From: Bacillota bacterium | GTDB taxonomy: Bacteria; Bacillota_I; Bacilli_A; RF39; UBA660 | DNA: 39,949 nucleotides | Direction: 5' to 3' | Assembly (NCBI GenBank): GCA_022771715.1 | Contig: JALELF010000054.1 | Coordinates: 1 to 39,949, forward strand | Shown: one piece after another, positions 19,243-30,784 of the stretch | Layout: each line of letters opens with the position of its first letter | How positions within the stretch are numbered: position 1 is the first letter of the stretch | The notes under the pieces: model-generated | Told to the model about the DNA's origin: nothing | What the model saw: only the letters and a program-made list of their open reading frames with translations | The model's database searches: none | Made by a program: the position numbers and the translations under genes

Positions 19243-19551
19243 CTAATTAATATTCTCATTAGATTTTTTTGTAATTCTTATTTTTTTTCCTTTTTTATCT
19301 GTAGTATGTCCGATTCTAGTTCTTTTTTTAGTCTTAGGATCAACAATCATAACATTAGATGCATGAATAGGAGCTTCTACTTCTGTAATACTTCCAGGAT
19401 TTTGTCCATTTGGTTTTACAGTTTTTTTAACAATATTAACGCCTTCTACTACTACTCTATTTTCATCTTTTAAAGTCTTGATTATTTTTCCTTCTTTACC
19501 TTTATCTTTACCGGCAATAACTACTACTTTATCTCCAGTTTTGAAGTTCAT
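19243..19551 (-). CDS. rplX: 50S ribosomal protein L24
   Basis: [14 protein letters not shown] and EAPIHASNV motifs. Confidence 0.99.
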   Translation of the reverse strand: MNFKTGDKVVVIAGKDKGKEGKIIKTLKDENRVVVEGVNIVKKTVKPNGQNPGSITEVEAPIHASNVMIVDPKTKKRTRIGHTTDKKGKKIRITKKSNENIN

Positions 19552-19573
19552 CTTAACTCTCCTTTACAAGCAA

Positions 19574-19939
19574 TTATAACACTTCTTTTGCAAGTGAAAC
19601 AATTTTCATATACTTGTCACGTAATTCACGTGCCACAGGTCCAAAGATACGAGTTCCAACAGGGCTTTTATCATCTTTAATAATAACGCAAGCATTATCA
19701 TCAAATTTAATATAAGATCCATCTTCTCTTCTTAGACCAAATTTGCTTCTAACAACAACAGCTTTAACTACTTTTCCTTTTTTTACTGTTCCGTTAGGAG
19801 TTGCTTTTTTTATAGTTCCAACAACTACATCACCAATATTTCCTGTTTTAACTTTACTTCCACCAAGAACACGAATAACTAATAATTCTTTAGCTCCAGA
19901 GTTGTCGGCAACTTTTAAACAGCTTTCTTGTTGAATCAT
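19574..19939 (-). CDS. rplN: 50S ribosomal protein L14
   Basis: VADNSGAK and [12 protein letters not shown] motifs. Confidence 0.99.
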   Translation of the reverse strand: MIQQESCLKVADNSGAKELLVIRVLGGSKVKTGNIGDVVVGTIKKATPNGTVKKGKVVKAVVVRSKFGLRREDGSYIKFDDNACVIIKDDKSPVGTRIFGPVARELRDKYMKIVSLAKEVL

Positions 19940-19958
19940 ATATTAAACCTCCTTATAG

Positions 19959-20219
19959 TTATAAAATAACTGCTTTCTCTACTATTTCAACTAAACGATA
20001 ACGTTTTCTCTTAGATAGTGGTCTTGTTTCAACAATACGTACTTTATCACCGTTTTTTGCTTCATTTTTTTCATCATGAGCAGCATATTTTTTAGAATAT
20101 TTAACTCTTTTACCATATAGCGGATCTTTTTTATAAGTTTCTACTAAAACAGTAATAGTTTTATCACATTTGTCACTTACTACAGTACCTAGTAATTCAT
20201 GAGTTCTTTTCTTTTCCAT
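19959..20219 (-). CDS. rpsQ: 30S ribosomal protein S17
   Basis: GTVVSDK, AHDE and ETRPLSK motifs. Confidence 0.98.
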   Translation of the reverse strand: MEKKRTHELLGTVVSDKCDKTITVLVETYKKDPLYGKRVKYSKKYAAHDEKNEAKNGDKVRIVETRPLSKRKRYRLVEIVEKAVIL

Positions 20220-20230
20220 AAATCCTCCTC

Positions 20231-20428
20231 TTAATTACCTTTAAGTTCTCTTTCACGTAGAATAGTTTTCATACGCGCAACTAACTTTCTTAATTCTCTA
20301 ATTCTTGATGGTTTTTCAAGATTTCCTGTAGCTTGACTTAAACGTAAATTAAATAATTCTTCTTTATATTCTTCAATCTTCTTTGTGATTTCTTCCGTAG
20401 TTAATTCTCTTATTTCATTATTTTTCAT
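20231..20428 (-). CDS. rpmC: 50S ribosomal protein L29
   Basis: KEELFNLR...ATGNLE motif; ATG at 20428 is the likely start. Confidence 0.97.
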   Translation of the reverse strand: MKNNEIRELTTEEITKKIEEYKEELFNLRLSQATGNLEKPSRIRELRKLVARMKTILRERELKGN

Positions 20429-20849
20429 TAACTTCACCACTTTCTTTAGTTACAAATTTGCATTTGATAGGAAGTTTATGCATAGCAAGTCTTAAAGCTT
20501 CTCTTGCAGTAGCTTCATCTACACCAGCTATTTCAAACATAATTTTTCCTTTCTTAACAACTGCAACCCATACTTCTGGTTGACCTTTACCTTTACCCAT
20601 ACGAGTTTCTAGAGGTATTTTAGTTAGTGAAAGATGAGGGAATATATTAATCCATACCTTTCCACCACGTTTCATAAAACGTGTCATAGCAACTCTGGCT
20701 GCTTCGATTTGTTGTTGTGTTACCCAAGCACCTTCCATTGCCATTAAACCATAATCACCAAATGTAAGTTTTGTATTTCCTTTTGCATTACCTTCATATG
20801 GTAATCTATGAGGTCTACGATATTTAGTTCTTTTTGGAATTACTGCCAT
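20418..20849 (-). CDS. rplP: 50S ribosomal protein L16
   Basis: PKRTKYR, QIEAAR and RMGKGKG motifs. Confidence 0.99.
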   Translation of the reverse strand: MAVIPKRTKYRRPHRLPYEGNAKGNTKLTFGDYGLMAMEGAWVTQQQIEAARVAMTRFMKRGGKVWINIFPHLSLTKIPLETRMGKGKGQPEVWVAVVKKGKIMFEIAGVDEATAREALRLAMHKLPIKCKFVTKESGEVNEK

Positions 20850-21501
20850 CGTTTTTACCTCCTTTTTTCTTATCAGGAAGTATTTCTCCTTTATAAATCC
20901 ATACTTTTACACCAATCTTACCATAAGTAGTATTAGCTTCTTTATGAGCATAATCAACGTCAGCTCTTAATGTATGTAGAGGAATATTTCCTTCTGTATA
21001 ACCTTCAGTTCTAGCCATTTCAGCTCCACCTAAACGTCCTGAAACAGAAGTTTTAATACCTTTAGCTCCAGCTTTCATAGTGTTTCTAATAGCTTTCTTT
21101 TGAGCAATTCTGAATGATACACGATTTTCTATTTGATGTGCGATTGATTCAGCAACTAAACTAGCATCGATTTCTGGATTTTTGATTTCCATAATTGAAA
21201 TTTGAATTTCTTCTCCAACTAATTTAGATAATTCTTTTTTAATCTTTTCAATCTCATCGCCGCCATGACCAATTACAACTCCTGGTTTAGCAGTGTTGAT
21301 AATTATATTTGTCTTTTTAGAGTTTCTCTCAATAAGAATACTTGAAACTGCGGCGTCTTTTAATTTATTGTTTAAATATTTACGGATTTTAACATCATTG
21401 TTTAAATATTTAGCGAAATCTTTATTAGATGCATACCAATTAGATTCCCAAGTCTTGTTAATACCCATTCTAAGTCCGACTGGACTAACTTTTTGACCCA
21501 C
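20824..21501 (-). CDS. rpsC: 30S ribosomal protein S3
   Basis: [21 protein letters not shown] and IPLHTLRAD motifs. GTG at 21501 after AGGAGG. Confidence 0.98.
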   Translation of the reverse strand: MGQKVSPVGLRMGINKTWESNWYASNKDFAKYLNNDVKIRKYLNNKLKDAAVSSILIERNSKKTNIIINTAKPGVVIGHGGDEIEKIKKELSKLVGEEIQISIMEIKNPEIDASLVAESIAHQIENRVSFRIAQKKAIRNTMKAGAKGIKTSVSGRLGGAEMARTEGYTEGNIPLHTLRADVDYAHKEANTTYGKIGVKVWIYKGEILPDKKKGGKNDGSNSKKN

Positions 21502-21514
21502 GAGTTTTCCTCCT

Positions 21515-21853
21515 TTACTTATTTGTGTCACTAACTACTATAGTTATATGACTTGTTCTTTTTTTGATTGGATCCACATGTCCACGTGAACCAAATCTCA
21601 TTCTTTTCATTGTTTTTCCTTCACCAACATAAGCTTCTTTAACAACTAAAGTTTCTTTATTTAAACCTAAATTGTTTTCAGCATTGGCAGTAGCTGAGAT
21701 TAACACTTTTCTTGTTAATCTAGCAGCTTCTTTATTTATATTACTTAGGATGCGATCAGCTTCTACTACACTTTTGCCACGGATTAAATCCACAACTAAA
21801 CGACACTTTCTTGGAGCAATTCTCACACCCTTTGCGATTGCTTTTGCTTCCAT
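21515..21853 (-). CDS. rplV: 50S ribosomal protein L22
   Basis: [17 protein letters not shown] and KRTSHIT motifs. Confidence 0.99.
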   Translation of the reverse strand: MEAKAIAKGVRIAPRKCRLVVDLIRGKSVVEADRILSNINKEAARLTRKVLISATANAENNLGLNKETLVVKEAYVGEGKTMKRMRFGSRGHVDPIKKRTSHITIVVSDTNK

Positions 21854-21872
21854 TTTGTTCTCCTTCTAGGTC

Positions 21873-22145
21873 CTATTTTTTATCTTTATTTTCGCCATGT
21901 CCACCAAATTTACGTGTTGGTACGAATTCACCCAATTTATGTCCAACCATATCTTCTGTTACATAAACAGGAATAAATTCTTTACCATTATGAACAGCAA
22001 ATGTGTGTCCAATAAATTCAGGATAAATTGTTGAACGGCGAGACCAAGTTTTAATTACTTCTTTTTTGCCTGATTCAGTTACTGCTTCTACTTTTTTCAT
22101 TAAGTAAGCATCAACGAATGGTTGTTTCTTAAGACTTCTAGCCAT
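21873..22145 (-). CDS. rpsS: 30S ribosomal protein S19
   Basis: KTWSRRS and MVGHKLGEF motifs. Confidence 0.99.
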   Translation of the reverse strand: MARSLKKQPFVDAYLMKKVEAVTESGKKEVIKTWSRRSTIYPEFIGHTFAVHNGKEFIPVYVTEDMVGHKLGEFVPTRKFGGHGENKDKK

Positions 22146-22161
22146 TTAAATCATCCTTTCC

Positions 22162-22992
22162 TTATTTTTTACGACGACGAACAATTAACTTATCTGAAGC
22201 TTTCTTGTTTTTACGTGTCTTATATCCAAGGGCTGGTTTACCCCAAGGAGTAACTGGACCTTTACGACCAATAGGTGCTCTACCTTCACCACCACCATGT
22301 GGGTGATCATTAGGGTTCATAACAGAACCTCTTACTGTAGGTTTAATACCCATATGTCTTGTACGACCAGCTTTACCAATATTTACTAGTTCATGGTCAG
22401 CGTTTCCAACTTCACCAACTGTAGCTCTACATGTAGATAAAACTTTTCTAACTTCTCCACTTGTTAAACGTAATAATGTATATTTACCTTCTGTACCAAG
22501 AATTTGAACACTAGAACCAGCTGTTCTAGCCATTTGGCCACCTTTTCCAGCAGTAAGTTCAACATTATGTACCATTGTACCTTCAGGAATGTTTCCTAGT
22601 GGAAGTGAGTTACCAATTTTGATATCTGCGTTTTCTCCACTTTCAACTTTATCTCCAACTTTTAATCCTTTTGGTGCGATTATATATCTTTTTTCACCAT
22701 CTGCATAATTAATTAAAGCAATATTTGCTGTTCTATTTGGATCGTATTCAATAGTTGCTACAGTACCAATAATACCATCTTTATTTCTTTTGAAATCAAT
22801 AATACGATATTTTCTCTTAGCTCCACCACCACGATGTCTTACTGTAATTTTACCTTGATTGTTACGACCACTTTTTTTATTTAAAGTAGTTACTAATGAT
22901 TTTTCAGGTTTATCTGTAGTAATTTCTGTATTTACTAAAGTAGTCATTCCACGACGACCATTAGTCACTGGTTTATAACTTTTTATAGCCAC
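22162..22992 (-). CDS. rplB: 50S ribosomal protein L2
   Basis: EYDPNR and [13 protein letters not shown] motifs; GTG start. Confidence 0.99.
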   Translation of the reverse strand: MAIKSYKPVTNGRRGMTTLVNTEITTDKPEKSLVTTLNKKSGRNNQGKITVRHRGGGAKRKYRIIDFKRNKDGIIGTVATIEYDPNRTANIALINYADGEKRYIIAPKGLKVGDKVESGENADIKIGNSLPLGNIPEGTMVHNVELTAGKGGQMARTAGSSVQILGTEGKYTLLRLTSGEVRKVLSTCRATVGEVGNADHELVNIGKAGRTRHMGIKPTVRGSVMNPNDHPHGGGEGRAPIGRKGPVTPWGKPALGYKTRKNKKASDKLIVRRRKK

Positions 22993-23004
22993 TTTTAAAC
23001 CTCC

Positions 23005-23283
23005 TTAGTTAAGTTCAATTGAACTTCCTTCTTTTAATTTAACAATTGCCTTTTTTACTTTGTTTGTTTTTCCAACGTATTTTCCTACTCTTTTCTTTCT
23101 AGGTTTTACGTTAATTGTATTTACACTTTCAACTTTTACATTGAATATTTTTTCAACAGCTTGCTTTATTTGTACTTTATTAGCTTTAGGATCAACGCTA
23201 AATGTTATAACATTTCCTTCTGCTAATGTAGAACTTTTTTCTGTAATAATTGGTGCTTTTATAATATCTCTATAATTACTCAT
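23005..23283 (-). CDS. rplW: 50S ribosomal protein L23
   Basis: PIITEKS and [18 protein letters not shown] motifs. Confidence 0.99.
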   Translation of the reverse strand: MSNYRDIIKAPIITEKSSTLAEGNVITFSVDPKANKVQIKQAVEKIFNVKVESVNTINVKPRKKRVGKYVGKTNKVKKAIVKLKEGSSIELN

Positions 23284-23906
23284 TAAACAAGCACCTCCTC
23301 AATTAATTTAACGGCTTTTTCTGTAATAATCATTTGTTCTGCAGCAATTACATCATAAGTGTTAACTTCATTTGCTTCAAGTAAAATAACATTATTTAAG
23401 TTACGAGTAGCTAAAACCATGTTTTCATCTAATTCATCAACAACGATTAATACATTTTTAGTAATTCCTAATTTGTCTAAAACTTCTTTTGCAGTTTTTG
23501 TTTTTCCATCTTTTAATGTAAAGTTATCTACAACAATTAATTTACTTTCAATTGCTTTATAAGATAAAGCAGATTTTAAAGCCAATCTTCTTTCTTTACG
23601 ATTCATTTTCTTATCAAAGTTTCTTGGATGTGGTCCAAATACAATTCCACCTTTAATCCAATGTGGTGCTCTTGTACTTCCTTGTCTAGCACGACCAGTT
23701 CCTTTTTGTCTCCAAGGCTTTCTTCCACCACCACTAACTTCACTACGTGTTTTAGTATCTGATGTACCTTGTCTACTATTATTTCTAGCTAGTACTAATG
23801 CATCATATATAACAGCATCATTTGGTTCAATACTCCAAACTGTTTCGCTTAATTTTGCATCGCTAACTTTTTCGCCTTTGATATTTAGTACGTTAATTTT
23901 TTCCAT
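23283..23906 (-). CDS. rplD: 50S ribosomal protein L4
   Basis: [19 protein letters not shown] motif. Confidence 0.99.
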   Translation of the reverse strand: MEKINVLNIKGEKVSDAKLSETVWSIEPNDAVIYDALVLARNNSRQGTSDTKTRSEVSGGGRKPWRQKGTGRARQGSTRAPHWIKGGIVFGPHPRNFDKKMNRKERRLALKSALSYKAIESKLIVVDNFTLKDGKTKTAKEVLDKLGITKNVLIVVDELDENMVLATRNLNNVILLEANEVNTYDVIAAEQMIITEKAVKLIEEVLV

Positions 23907-23908
23907 AC

Positions 23909-24643
23909 TTATACCTCCTGCTCGTTATTTTCTTCAGTTTCTTTAGTTTCTTCTAAAGTTTCTGTAATTTCTATTTCAGGTTTATAACTGTTTAATTCTT
24001 CTGTTTCTCTAACTGTTTCTGGATTTTTAACAGCACTTCTAATTAATACTAAACCTTCTTTTGGTCCTGGAACATTTCCTTTTACTAAAATTACATTATT
24101 TTCTAAATCAACTGATACTATCTCTAAGTTTTGAATAGTTACAGTTAAAGTTCCCATATGTCCTGGTAATTTTTTACCCTTGAATACACGCATTGGACGC
24201 ATTGTACCCATTGAACCTGGTTTCCTATGGTAATGTGAACCGTGTCCCATTGGTCCTCTATTTTGGTTATGTCTTTTAATAACGCCTTGGAACCCTTTAC
24301 CTTTAGTAGTTCCTGTTACATCAACAACTTCTCCTTCAGTGAAAACTTTAACACTAATTTCTTCACCTAAAGTATAGTCACTAACATTTACACCTTTAAT
24401 TTCTCTAAAGAAGCGCTTAGGTGTTGTATTTGCTTTTTTGGTATGTCCAATATTTGCTTTTGTCGCTAATTTTTCTCTCTTTGTTTCAAAACCTAATTGA
24501 ATTGCATCATAACCATCATTTTCAGTTGTTTTAATTTGTGTTACCACATTTGGTTCAACTTCTACAACAGTTACAGGAATTAATTTACCAGATTTTGTAA
24601 ATACTTGAGTCATTCCTTTTTTACGACCTAAGATTCCTTTCAT
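23909..24643 (-). CDS. rplC: 50S ribosomal protein L3 with an acidic C-terminal extension
   Basis: GMTQVF, KGKGFQG and PGHMG motifs; Glu/Thr-rich tail. Confidence 0.99.
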   Translation of the reverse strand: MKGILGRKKGMTQVFTKSGKLIPVTVVEVEPNVVTQIKTTENDGYDAIQLGFETKREKLATKANIGHTKKANTTPKRFFREIKGVNVSDYTLGEEISVKVFTEGEVVDVTGTTKGKGFQGVIKRHNQNRGPMGHGSHYHRKPGSMGTMRPMRVFKGKKLPGHMGTLTVTIQNLEIVSVDLENNVILVKGNVPGPKEGLVLIRSAVKNPETVRETEELNSYKPEIEITETLEETKETEENNEQEV

Positions 24644-24652
24644 GTTTCCCTC

Positions 24653-24961
24653 CTACATTTTTATTTGAATATCTACACCACTTGGGATTTCTAGATGAGT
24701 TAAAGCATCTATAGTTTCCTTACTTGGATTTTCGATATCAATTAGTCTTTTGTGTGTTCTCTTTTCAAATTGTTCACGTGAATCTTTATATTTGTGAACA
24801 GCTCTTAAAATAGTGATTTTTTCAACTTCAGTTGGTAGTGGTACTGGTCCAACTACAACTCCACCAGTTCTCTTAACTGTTTCAACAATTTTTGCACATG
24901 CATTATCTAATGTTCTGTGTTCAAACGCTTTCAATCTGATACGAACTTTTGTCTTTGACAT
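24653..24961 (-). CDS. rpsJ: 30S ribosomal protein S10
   Basis: RIRLKAF, GPVPLPT and [15 protein letters not shown] motifs. Confidence 0.99.
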   Translation of the reverse strand: MSKTKVRIRLKAFEHRTLDNACAKIVETVKRTGGVVVGPVPLPTEVEKITILRAVHKYKDSREQFEKRTHKRLIDIENPSKETIDALTHLEIPSGVDIQIKM

Positions 24962-25123
24962 ATTGTATCCTCCCTTCGCCTATATCTAAGTATAGACTCG
25001 CTCCGTGTAAAAACCCGATATATGAAGTCATATCATAACAACTTAACCCCGTGTATCGGCAACCTCACACATCAATGCGTGCCACACATTCAAAATTATA
25101 CCTTATTATTGCTTTAAATGCAA
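24962..25123 (-). promoter_or_regulatory. S10 operon promoter and structured ribosomal leader
   Basis: TTGCAT-17 nt-TATAAT (25123-25095). The GC-richer leader carries GAGGTTGCCGATACAC...CACGGAG...GTCTATA/TATAGGC, resembling Firmicutes rpsJ leaders. Confidence 0.7.
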
Positions 25124-25164
25124 CAGTTTTTTGCATTTTTTTAGAAAAATTTTATTTTAATATT

Positions 25165-25784
25165 TTAAAGGATTTTTTCATACGGAATAGTTACATGATA
25201 ATCTCCATAATAATATGGCGCTATTTGATATCTTTCAAAATAAATTACTAAACCATCTTTTGTAAATAAAAAATTTTTAAAATTATTTTCTATTGGCTTA
25301 GTACCTTCTTTTAATATTTCAAGTATTTCAACTCTTTTAAACAATTTGTTTCTCGATAATATATTATAAGTTTCTTTAGACAAAATATCTAATATTTTAT
25401 TAATGTCGATATTGTTATTATTTCATTATTTTCTGTATCGTAATTAATTGTAAAAAGTTCATGAATAGGATGAGCTCCTCCTATGAAACTTTCAGTAAAA
25501 ATTGCATACGATATATAATATTTATAGTTTTCCACAATATATTTTCCAGATAAATAATAGTCAGTTCTAGTTATATCATCTAATTGATTCTCAAAATCAT
25601 TTATTTTAGAGTCAATATATTTATTAATTTCAGTATTTAATTTTTTATAATCAGTTGAGGGATAAACTAAATCTATTTTATTTTCTCTTTTCTTTTTTTC
25701 TAAACTGTCTTGTTTAATACTTTTATGATTCAAAAATATAAAAGCAAATATTACAAGCAATAAAAAAAATACATATTTTTTCAT
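25165..25784 (-). pseudogene. RsiV/PdaC-like (DUF4163+DUF3298) secreted protein, split by a frameshift
   Basis: The N-terminal ORF has a signal anchor and GGAHP; the C-terminal ORF has FTKDGLVIYFERYQIAPY. One extra base near 25395-25398 joins the frames (...TLIK-ILDILSKE...). Confidence 0.65.
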
Positions 25785-25834
25785 GATTAATCACCACTTA
25801 ATTATATGTATTTAGGTTTATATTACTATAATAA

Positions 25835-25853
25835 AACTACGCATATAGCGTAG
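25835..25853. terminator. Hairpin terminator after tRNA-Trp
   Basis: ACTACGC-ATATA-GCGTAGT flanked by A/T runs. Confidence 0.6.
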
Positions 25854-25886
25854 TATTTTAAATCTCTAACGAGAGTACAATCTAAA

Positions 25887-25960
25887 TGGCAGGAGCGGAG
25901 AGAATCGAACTCCCAACAGTGGTTTTGGAGACCATTATTATACCATTTAACTACGCTCCT
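25887..25960 (-). tRNA. tRNA-Trp(CCA)
   Basis: AGGAGCG acceptor stem, anticodon loop CTCCAAA, GTTCGATTC T-arm, encoded CCA end. Own promoter TTGAAA-17 nt-TATACT (26005-25977). Confidence 0.95.
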
Positions 25961-26019
25961 ATGCACGGACTAATTAAGTATAACATAATTAAGTCCATTT
26001 TTCAACCTTTTAATTAAAA

Positions 26020-26235
26020 CTATTTTGTGAAAGGTATAAAAGCCATAAAACGAGCTTTTTTTACTTCATTAGCTATGTCTCTTTGATGTTTTGCGCAAGT
26101 ACCTGTCATTCTTCTAGGTAATATTTTTTTATTATCATTATTTATGTATTTTTTAATTATATCATCTTTATAATCTACTGGTTTACCAGCGCACATTTGA
26201 CATACTTTTTTCTTTTTACGGTAAAATTCTGCCAT
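26020..26235 (-). CDS. rpsR: 30S ribosomal protein S18
   Basis: VDYKD and [16 protein letters not shown] motifs. Confidence 0.97.
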   Translation of the reverse strand: MAEFYRKKKKVCQMCAGKPVDYKDDIIKKYINNDNKKILPRRMTGTCAKHQRDIANEVKKARFMAFIPFTK

Positions 26236-26243
26236 ATATCCTC

Positions 26244-26711
26244 CTATTCTAAGAAATTATCATCAATTGTAACTTCTTCACCAAAATCAGCAAAAGGATT
26301 AGTTGCAACATCTACATTATTGCTAGGTCCACCTTGATAATCGTAAGGACTTGGACTAGGTTCAAAATTGCTTTCTTGTCTTGCTTGACTTTGTGCTTTC
26401 GTATCTAAAAATTCTACACTATCAGCAACTACTTCGACAGTATATCTTTTATTACCATCTTTATCATCATAACTACCTGTTTGTATTCTTCCTTCAATAG
26501 AAACACGACTACCTTTATCTAAATAATTACAAATATTCTCAGCTTGTTTTCTCCAAACAATTATATTAATAAAGTCTGCTTCTCTTTGTCCTTGGTTATT
26601 AGTAAAATTACGACTTACCGCTACTGAAAATCTAGAATAAGGTAAATTAGAACCTGTATATCTAAGTTCAGGTTTACCTGTTAATCTTCCAATTAGTACA
26701 ACTCTATTCAT
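26244..26711 (-). CDS. ssb: Single-stranded DNA-binding protein
   Basis: [16 protein letters not shown] and VSIEGRIQT motifs; acidic tail; rpsF-ssb-rpsR context. Confidence 0.98.
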   Translation of the reverse strand: MNRVVLIGRLTGKPELRYTGSNLPYSRFSVAVSRNFTNNQGQREADFINIIVWRKQAENICNYLDKGSRVSIEGRIQTGSYDDKDGNKRYTVEVVADSVEFLDTKAQSQARQESNFEPSPSPYDYQGGPSNNVDVATNPFADFGEEVTIDDNFLE

Positions 26712-26723
26712 ATTAATTCTCCA

Positions 26724-27014
26724 TTATTTTTCTAATTTAGTTATTAAATGACGGATTATATCATTACTGATACGAGCTAAACGATCAAATTCTTTAACAG
26801 CTTTATCATCATTAGTTTCAACTTCAAATAAATGATAGTAACCACTCTTGAAATCTTTAATTTCATAAGCTAATTCTCTTTGACCCATTTCTTTGTTTTC
26901 TTTGATAGTAGCACCATTACTAGTTAAAATGTTTTCGAAGTTTGCTACAACTTTTTTTAAATCTTCTTCACTTAGTGTTGGCTTAACTATAAATAAAATT
27001 TCATAATTTTTCAT
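26724..27014 (-). CDS. rpsF: 30S ribosomal protein S6
   Basis: YEILFIVKP, GQRELAYEI and IIRHLI motifs. Confidence 0.98.
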   Translation of the reverse strand: MKNYEILFIVKPTLSEEDLKKVVANFENILTSNGATIKENKEMGQRELAYEIKDFKSGYYHLFEVETNDDKAVKEFDRLARISNDIIRHLITKLEK

Positions 27015-27111
27015 TATAACACCTCCTTATGGTCTTTCGGCTTTTACTTAAAAGCAAGGAGTAAATTTCTTACTCGCTTAAGATTATAGCAAAATAATTT
27101 AATTATGTAAA
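27015..27111 (-). promoter_or_regulatory. rpsF promoter and S6:S18 ribosomal leader
   Basis: TTTACA-17 nt-TATAAT. CTCCTT...CCG...AAGGAG stem sequesters the SD, as in the known S6:S18 leader. Confidence 0.75.
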
Positions 27112-27127
27112 GTTTTTTATAACAAAA

Positions 27128-28234
27128 TTATACATTAAATCTGAATGTACAAATATCTCCATCTTGCATTAAATAGTTTTTACCTTCTAAACGCATCTTC
27201 CCAGCTTCTCTTACTAGCTTTTCATTTCCACAACTTTTTAAATCAGCATAACTCATTACTTCTGCTTTAATAAAGCCTCTTTCAAAGTCAGTATGAATAA
27301 TACCTGCACACTCTGGCGCCTTCATACCTTTTTTAAAAGTCCAAGCTCTTACTTCATCTTTACCAACTGTAAAAAATGTTTCCAAACCTAGTAAATTATA
27401 AGTTTCTTTAATTAATTTGTCTAAGCCACTTTCACTAACACCTAAATCATTTAAAAATTCAATTTTATCTTCATCATTTAATTCACTTAATTCAGATTCT
27501 ATTTTAGCACATACAGTAATAACTGTATTATTTTCAAGTTTAGCTAATTCTCTTAAATTATTTACATGAATATTATTAATACCATCATCTATTAAATCAT
27601 CTTCAGAAATATTGGCCATATAAATAATAGGTTTTAAAGTAAGCAAATTAAATGATTTAATTAACTTTAATTCTTCTTCACTTAATTCTACGCTTCTTGC
27701 TGGCTTATTTTGAATTAAAGCATTCTTTATTTTAGACAATATTTCAAATTCAATCTTTGTTTCTTTATCTTTTGATAATTCAGCCTTTTTACCAATACGA
27801 TTAAGCCTATTTTCTATTATTTCTAAATCAGCTAATATTAATTCAACATTAATAATTTCTACATCTCTTATAGGATCAACTGTTCCTTCTACGTGAATAA
27901 CATTACTGTCTTCAAAACATCTCACTACTTCTACTATTGCATCAACTTCTCTAATGTATGATAGAAATTTGTTACCTAACCCTTCACCATTAGATGCTCC
28001 TTTTACTAACCCAGCTATATCAGTAAATTCATAAGCAGTAGGTATTAATCTTTCAGGAACATATAAACTTTCTAAAAATTCCAATCTTTTATCGGGAACT
28101 ATTACTGTTCCTACATTAGGATCAATTGTCGCAAATGGATAATTAGCCGCTAATATATTATTTTTAGTTATAGCATTAAACAAAGTTGACTTTCCTACAT
28201 TAGGAAGTCCAACAATACCTGCAGTTAAAGCCAT
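27128..28234 (-). CDS. ychF: Ribosome-binding ATPase YchF
   Basis: [32 protein letters not shown] and [12 protein letters not shown] motifs; start at MALTAG (28234). Confidence 0.98.
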   Translation of the reverse strand: MALTAGIVGLPNVGKSTLFNAITKNNILAANYPFATIDPNVGTVIVPDKRLEFLESLYVPERLIPTAYEFTDIAGLVKGASNGEGLGNKFLSYIREVDAIVEVVRCFEDSNVIHVEGTVDPIRDVEIINVELILADLEIIENRLNRIGKKAELSKDKETKIEFEILSKIKNALIQNKPARSVELSEEELKLIKSFNLLTLKPIIYMANISEDDLIDDGINNIHVNNLRELAKLENNTVITVCAKIESELSELNDEDKIEFLNDLGVSESGLDKLIKETYNLLGLETFFTVGKDEVRAWTFKKGMKAPECAGIIHTDFERGFIKAEVMSYADLKSCGNEKLVREAGKMRLEGKNYLMQDGDICTFRFNV

Positions 28235-28310
28235 AAAATCACTTCTTTCTCGGTATTTATTATAACACATAATTTTTTAAAAACAAAAAGAATTAGTAAT
28301 TAAACTAATT

Positions 28311-29813
28311 CTATAAAGATATATAAGTACCTATTCCTAGTGGAAGCCCTATTAAAAACCAACCAATTAATAACAATAAAAGAACTCCACCAATCATTAA
28401 AGCAATTGGATATACTAATTTCAATATATCTCTTAATTGTAAATCTTTATCACTTCTATATTTACCAATTAAGCCAACTAACAATATGTAATAAGGAAAT
28501 AAAGGTGTTATAGATTTTCCAACACCATCAGCAACTCCAAATAAAAATTGTGTATAATTAGGTGTTATATTAGAACGCATAAACAAAGGAATTATAATAG
28601 GTGAAATTAAAACCCATTTATCAACACTAGAAGATACTAATAAAGTCATAAAGACTATTAAAATAAATGAAATCAAGATTAATAAAATTCCAGATATTTG
28701 TAAACCACTCATAAAGTCAACTAATATAGTAACAAGAACATTACCTACATTAGTCCATTCAATCAATCCTATTAATTGTGAGGCAAAAAACATTAATACA
28801 AATATATATCCAGTATTTTCAAAGCTAACACAAAGACCATCACTATAATCTTTTAAGCTTGTAATATTTTTAGATACCTTTCCATAAACATAACTACAAA
28901 TCATTACAATAATCAAAATTATATAAGGTAAGCCATTACCAAAAGGGGAATTAGCTCCAAATAGTTTAGCCATATATCTAACTTCGTTATTATCAAGTAA
29001 TACTCCCAAATATGGAACATTAGGCATTATCATAAGAGCTAAAACAACTAAACAAAATAAGAATGTAATAAAAGTATATTGCATAGCTTCTTTACTAGTA
29101 TTTAAATCATCTTCTATAACTTCTGGATTGCTAAATTTAATCGCAATTCTATTTTCAACAAAATAAGTAGTAATCATAATAAGAATAATGGATAAAAATA
29201 CTTTAATATAAATATTAGAAAATATTGCGAAAACATAATTTTTATCAACATCAACACGAGCAGATAATTCACTCATTGTTCCCAAATAATAATCACTATA
29301 ATTAGTAAATAAACCAACGCCATAACCTAAAGTTAAAGCCATAAATACAGTAATAAGTCCAACAATTGGATTCTTACCTATTTTTTTATAAATACATGCG
29401 ACTAAAGGCATTAAAAACGCAAATGAATAGTCACCAATTAGAATAGAAAGCATACTTATTATCATTACAAACATTGTAAGATATTTAAATTTTAGGCGTT
29501 TAAGTTTGTTTGTAAAAGCATTAAGAAGTCCACTTTTAGAAGCAATACTTAAACCAATTAAAGAAAGTACAAAATAAATAAATGGTTTAAAATTAAGTAC
29601 ATTATTAATTGCATCATTAAAGAAATATTTAACACCTTCTTTAGAAAAAATATTATTGGTTGTTATTAAATATGTTTCTAATGAATTATTATTTGTTATA
29701 ATTGTTTGCTGTCCTTCTAAACCCAATATTGACAAAAAAGAAGTAACAATCATTATAAAAAGCATTGTTATAAAAATTATAGTAATACTCCCTAATCTAT
29801 CTTTCTTTCGCAT
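28311..29813 (-). CDS. AbgT-family transporter
   Basis: Polytopic membrane protein with GKNPIVGL, FFASQLI..WTN, KW..ISPI..PLFM and ADG...ITPLFPY patterns. Confidence 0.75.
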   Translation of the reverse strand: MRKKDRLGSITIIFITMLFIMIVTSFLSILGLEGQQTIITNNNSLETYLITTNNIFSKEGVKYFFNDAINNVLNFKPFIYFVLSLIGLSIASKSGLLNAFTNKLKRLKFKYLTMFVMIISMLSILIGDYSFAFLMPLVACIYKKIGKNPIVGLITVFMALTLGYGVGLFTNYSDYYLGTMSELSARVDVDKNYVFAIFSNIYIKVFLSIILIMITTYFVENRIAIKFSNPEVIEDDLNTSKEAMQYTFITFLFCLVVLALMIMPNVPYLGVLLDNNEVRYMAKLFGANSPFGNGLPYIILIIVMICSYVYGKVSKNITSLKDYSDGLCVSFENTGYIFVLMFFASQLIGLIEWTNVGNVLVTILVDFMSGLQISGILLILISFILIVFMTLLVSSSVDKWVLISPIIIPLFMRSNITPNYTQFLFGVADGVGKSITPLFPYYILLVGLIGKYRSDKDLQLRDILKLVYPIALMIGGVLLLLLIGWFLIGLPLGIGTYISL

Positions 29814-29822
29814 TCAATCCAC

Positions 29823-30002
29823 CTACTTTATTTTCTTTAGTTTTTTATTAAAATCAATTCTCGATAGCATAACACTATGACCACATTTTAAACACTTAAT
29901 TTTAATATCCATACCAAGTCTAGTTATTTCCCATTCGTTACCACCACAAGGATGAGTTTTTTTCATAATAGCAATATCTCCTACTTTATAATTATTTTGC
30001 AT
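29823..30002 (-). CDS. DUF951 (YyzM-like) small protein
   Basis: Manually translated MQNNYKVGDIAIMKKTHPCGGNEWEITRLGMDIKIKCLKCGHSVMLSRIDFNKKLKKIK. Usual mscS-DUF951-ychF context. Not in the ORF track. Confidence 0.9.
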   Translation of the reverse strand: MQNNYKVGDIAIMKKTHPCGGNEWEITRLGMDIKIKCLKCGHSVMLSRIDFNKKLKKIK

Positions 30003-30783
30003 TATGAATCACCACCTGTGGATAAGGAATTTCTATATTATTTTTATCTAATACTTTTTTCAATTCTTTTTTTAATATTCTTTCTACATCATATTGTTCA
30101 GTTGGCTTAGTATGAGCAATAATTCTAAATGTTATAGATGAATCATTTAAACTTTGTACACCAAGGCATTCAACATCACCAATAACATTATCAATACTGC
30201 TTAATCTTAAACAAGCATTTTTAAATACTTTTTCAACTGAATCTAAATCACTTTCATATGAAACATCAATATCAACAACAGCCAAAGAGTTTGCCATAGT
30301 ATGATTTATTACTTCAGTAATCATTCTGTTTGATAAAATTTTAACTTCACCATTAGCGGCTTTAATTCTAGTCGATTTCATACTTAAATATATAACTTCA
30401 CCTTTAAACCCATTAATAGTTACAACGTCCCCTATACAATATTGATTTTCAAATATAATAGTCATACCAGCAATAAAGTCTTTAAGAAAATCTTGTAAAG
30501 CTAAACCTATTACTAATCCAACTACCCCTAAAGAAGTAATTAGTGATTTTGTATCAATACCATATATATCTAAAATCATTAACATAGCTATAAGTATAAT
30601 AAACACTTTAACTACATTATTTATTAAACCCTTAATAGTATTTTGCTTTTTAGAACCTATTCTTTTTATTTTATGACTAAATAACTTATTTATTATTTTT
30701 TTAGAAATAAGCCATAATAGTACTCCAACTAATATAATTATTATTGGCGCCACTACTTCTTTAACTAACAAATGTTTTAACAT
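29992..30783 (-). CDS. mscS: Small-conductance mechanosensitive channel
   Basis: GLVIGLALQDFLKDFIAG, GDVVTING and IEIPYPQ motifs. Confidence 0.92.
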   Translation of the reverse strand: MLKHLLVKEVVAPIIIILVGVLLWLISKKIINKLFSHKIKRIGSKKQNTIKGLINNVVKVFIILIAMLMILDIYGIDTKSLITSLGVVGLVIGLALQDFLKDFIAGMTIIFENQYCIGDVVTINGFKGEVIYLSMKSTRIKAANGEVKILSNRMITEVINHTMANSLAVVDIDVSYESDLDSVEKVFKNACLRLSSIDNVIGDVECLGVQSLNDSSITFRIIAHTKPTEQYDVERILKKELKKVLDKNNIEIPYPQVVIHNAK

Positions 30784-30784
30784 T

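Noticed and set aside
24770-24785. parS-like palindrome TTGTTCACGTGAATCT in rpsJ
   Set aside because: Four mismatches to the Bacillus parS consensus, and it is explained by the conserved D-S-R-E-Q codons.
11047-24961. Possible alternative genetic code (UGA=Trp, or Arg codon reassignment as reported in some uncultured Bacilli)
   Set aside because: TGA ends map, adk and secY at the expected positions. The conserved Trp codon checked (rplD) is TGG, and AGG falls at conserved Arg positions in rplC and fmt. CGG could not be assessed.
30017-30025. Perfect DnaA box TGTGGATAA
   Set aside because: Single copy inside the mscS coding sequence (YPQ codons); no cluster suggesting oriC.
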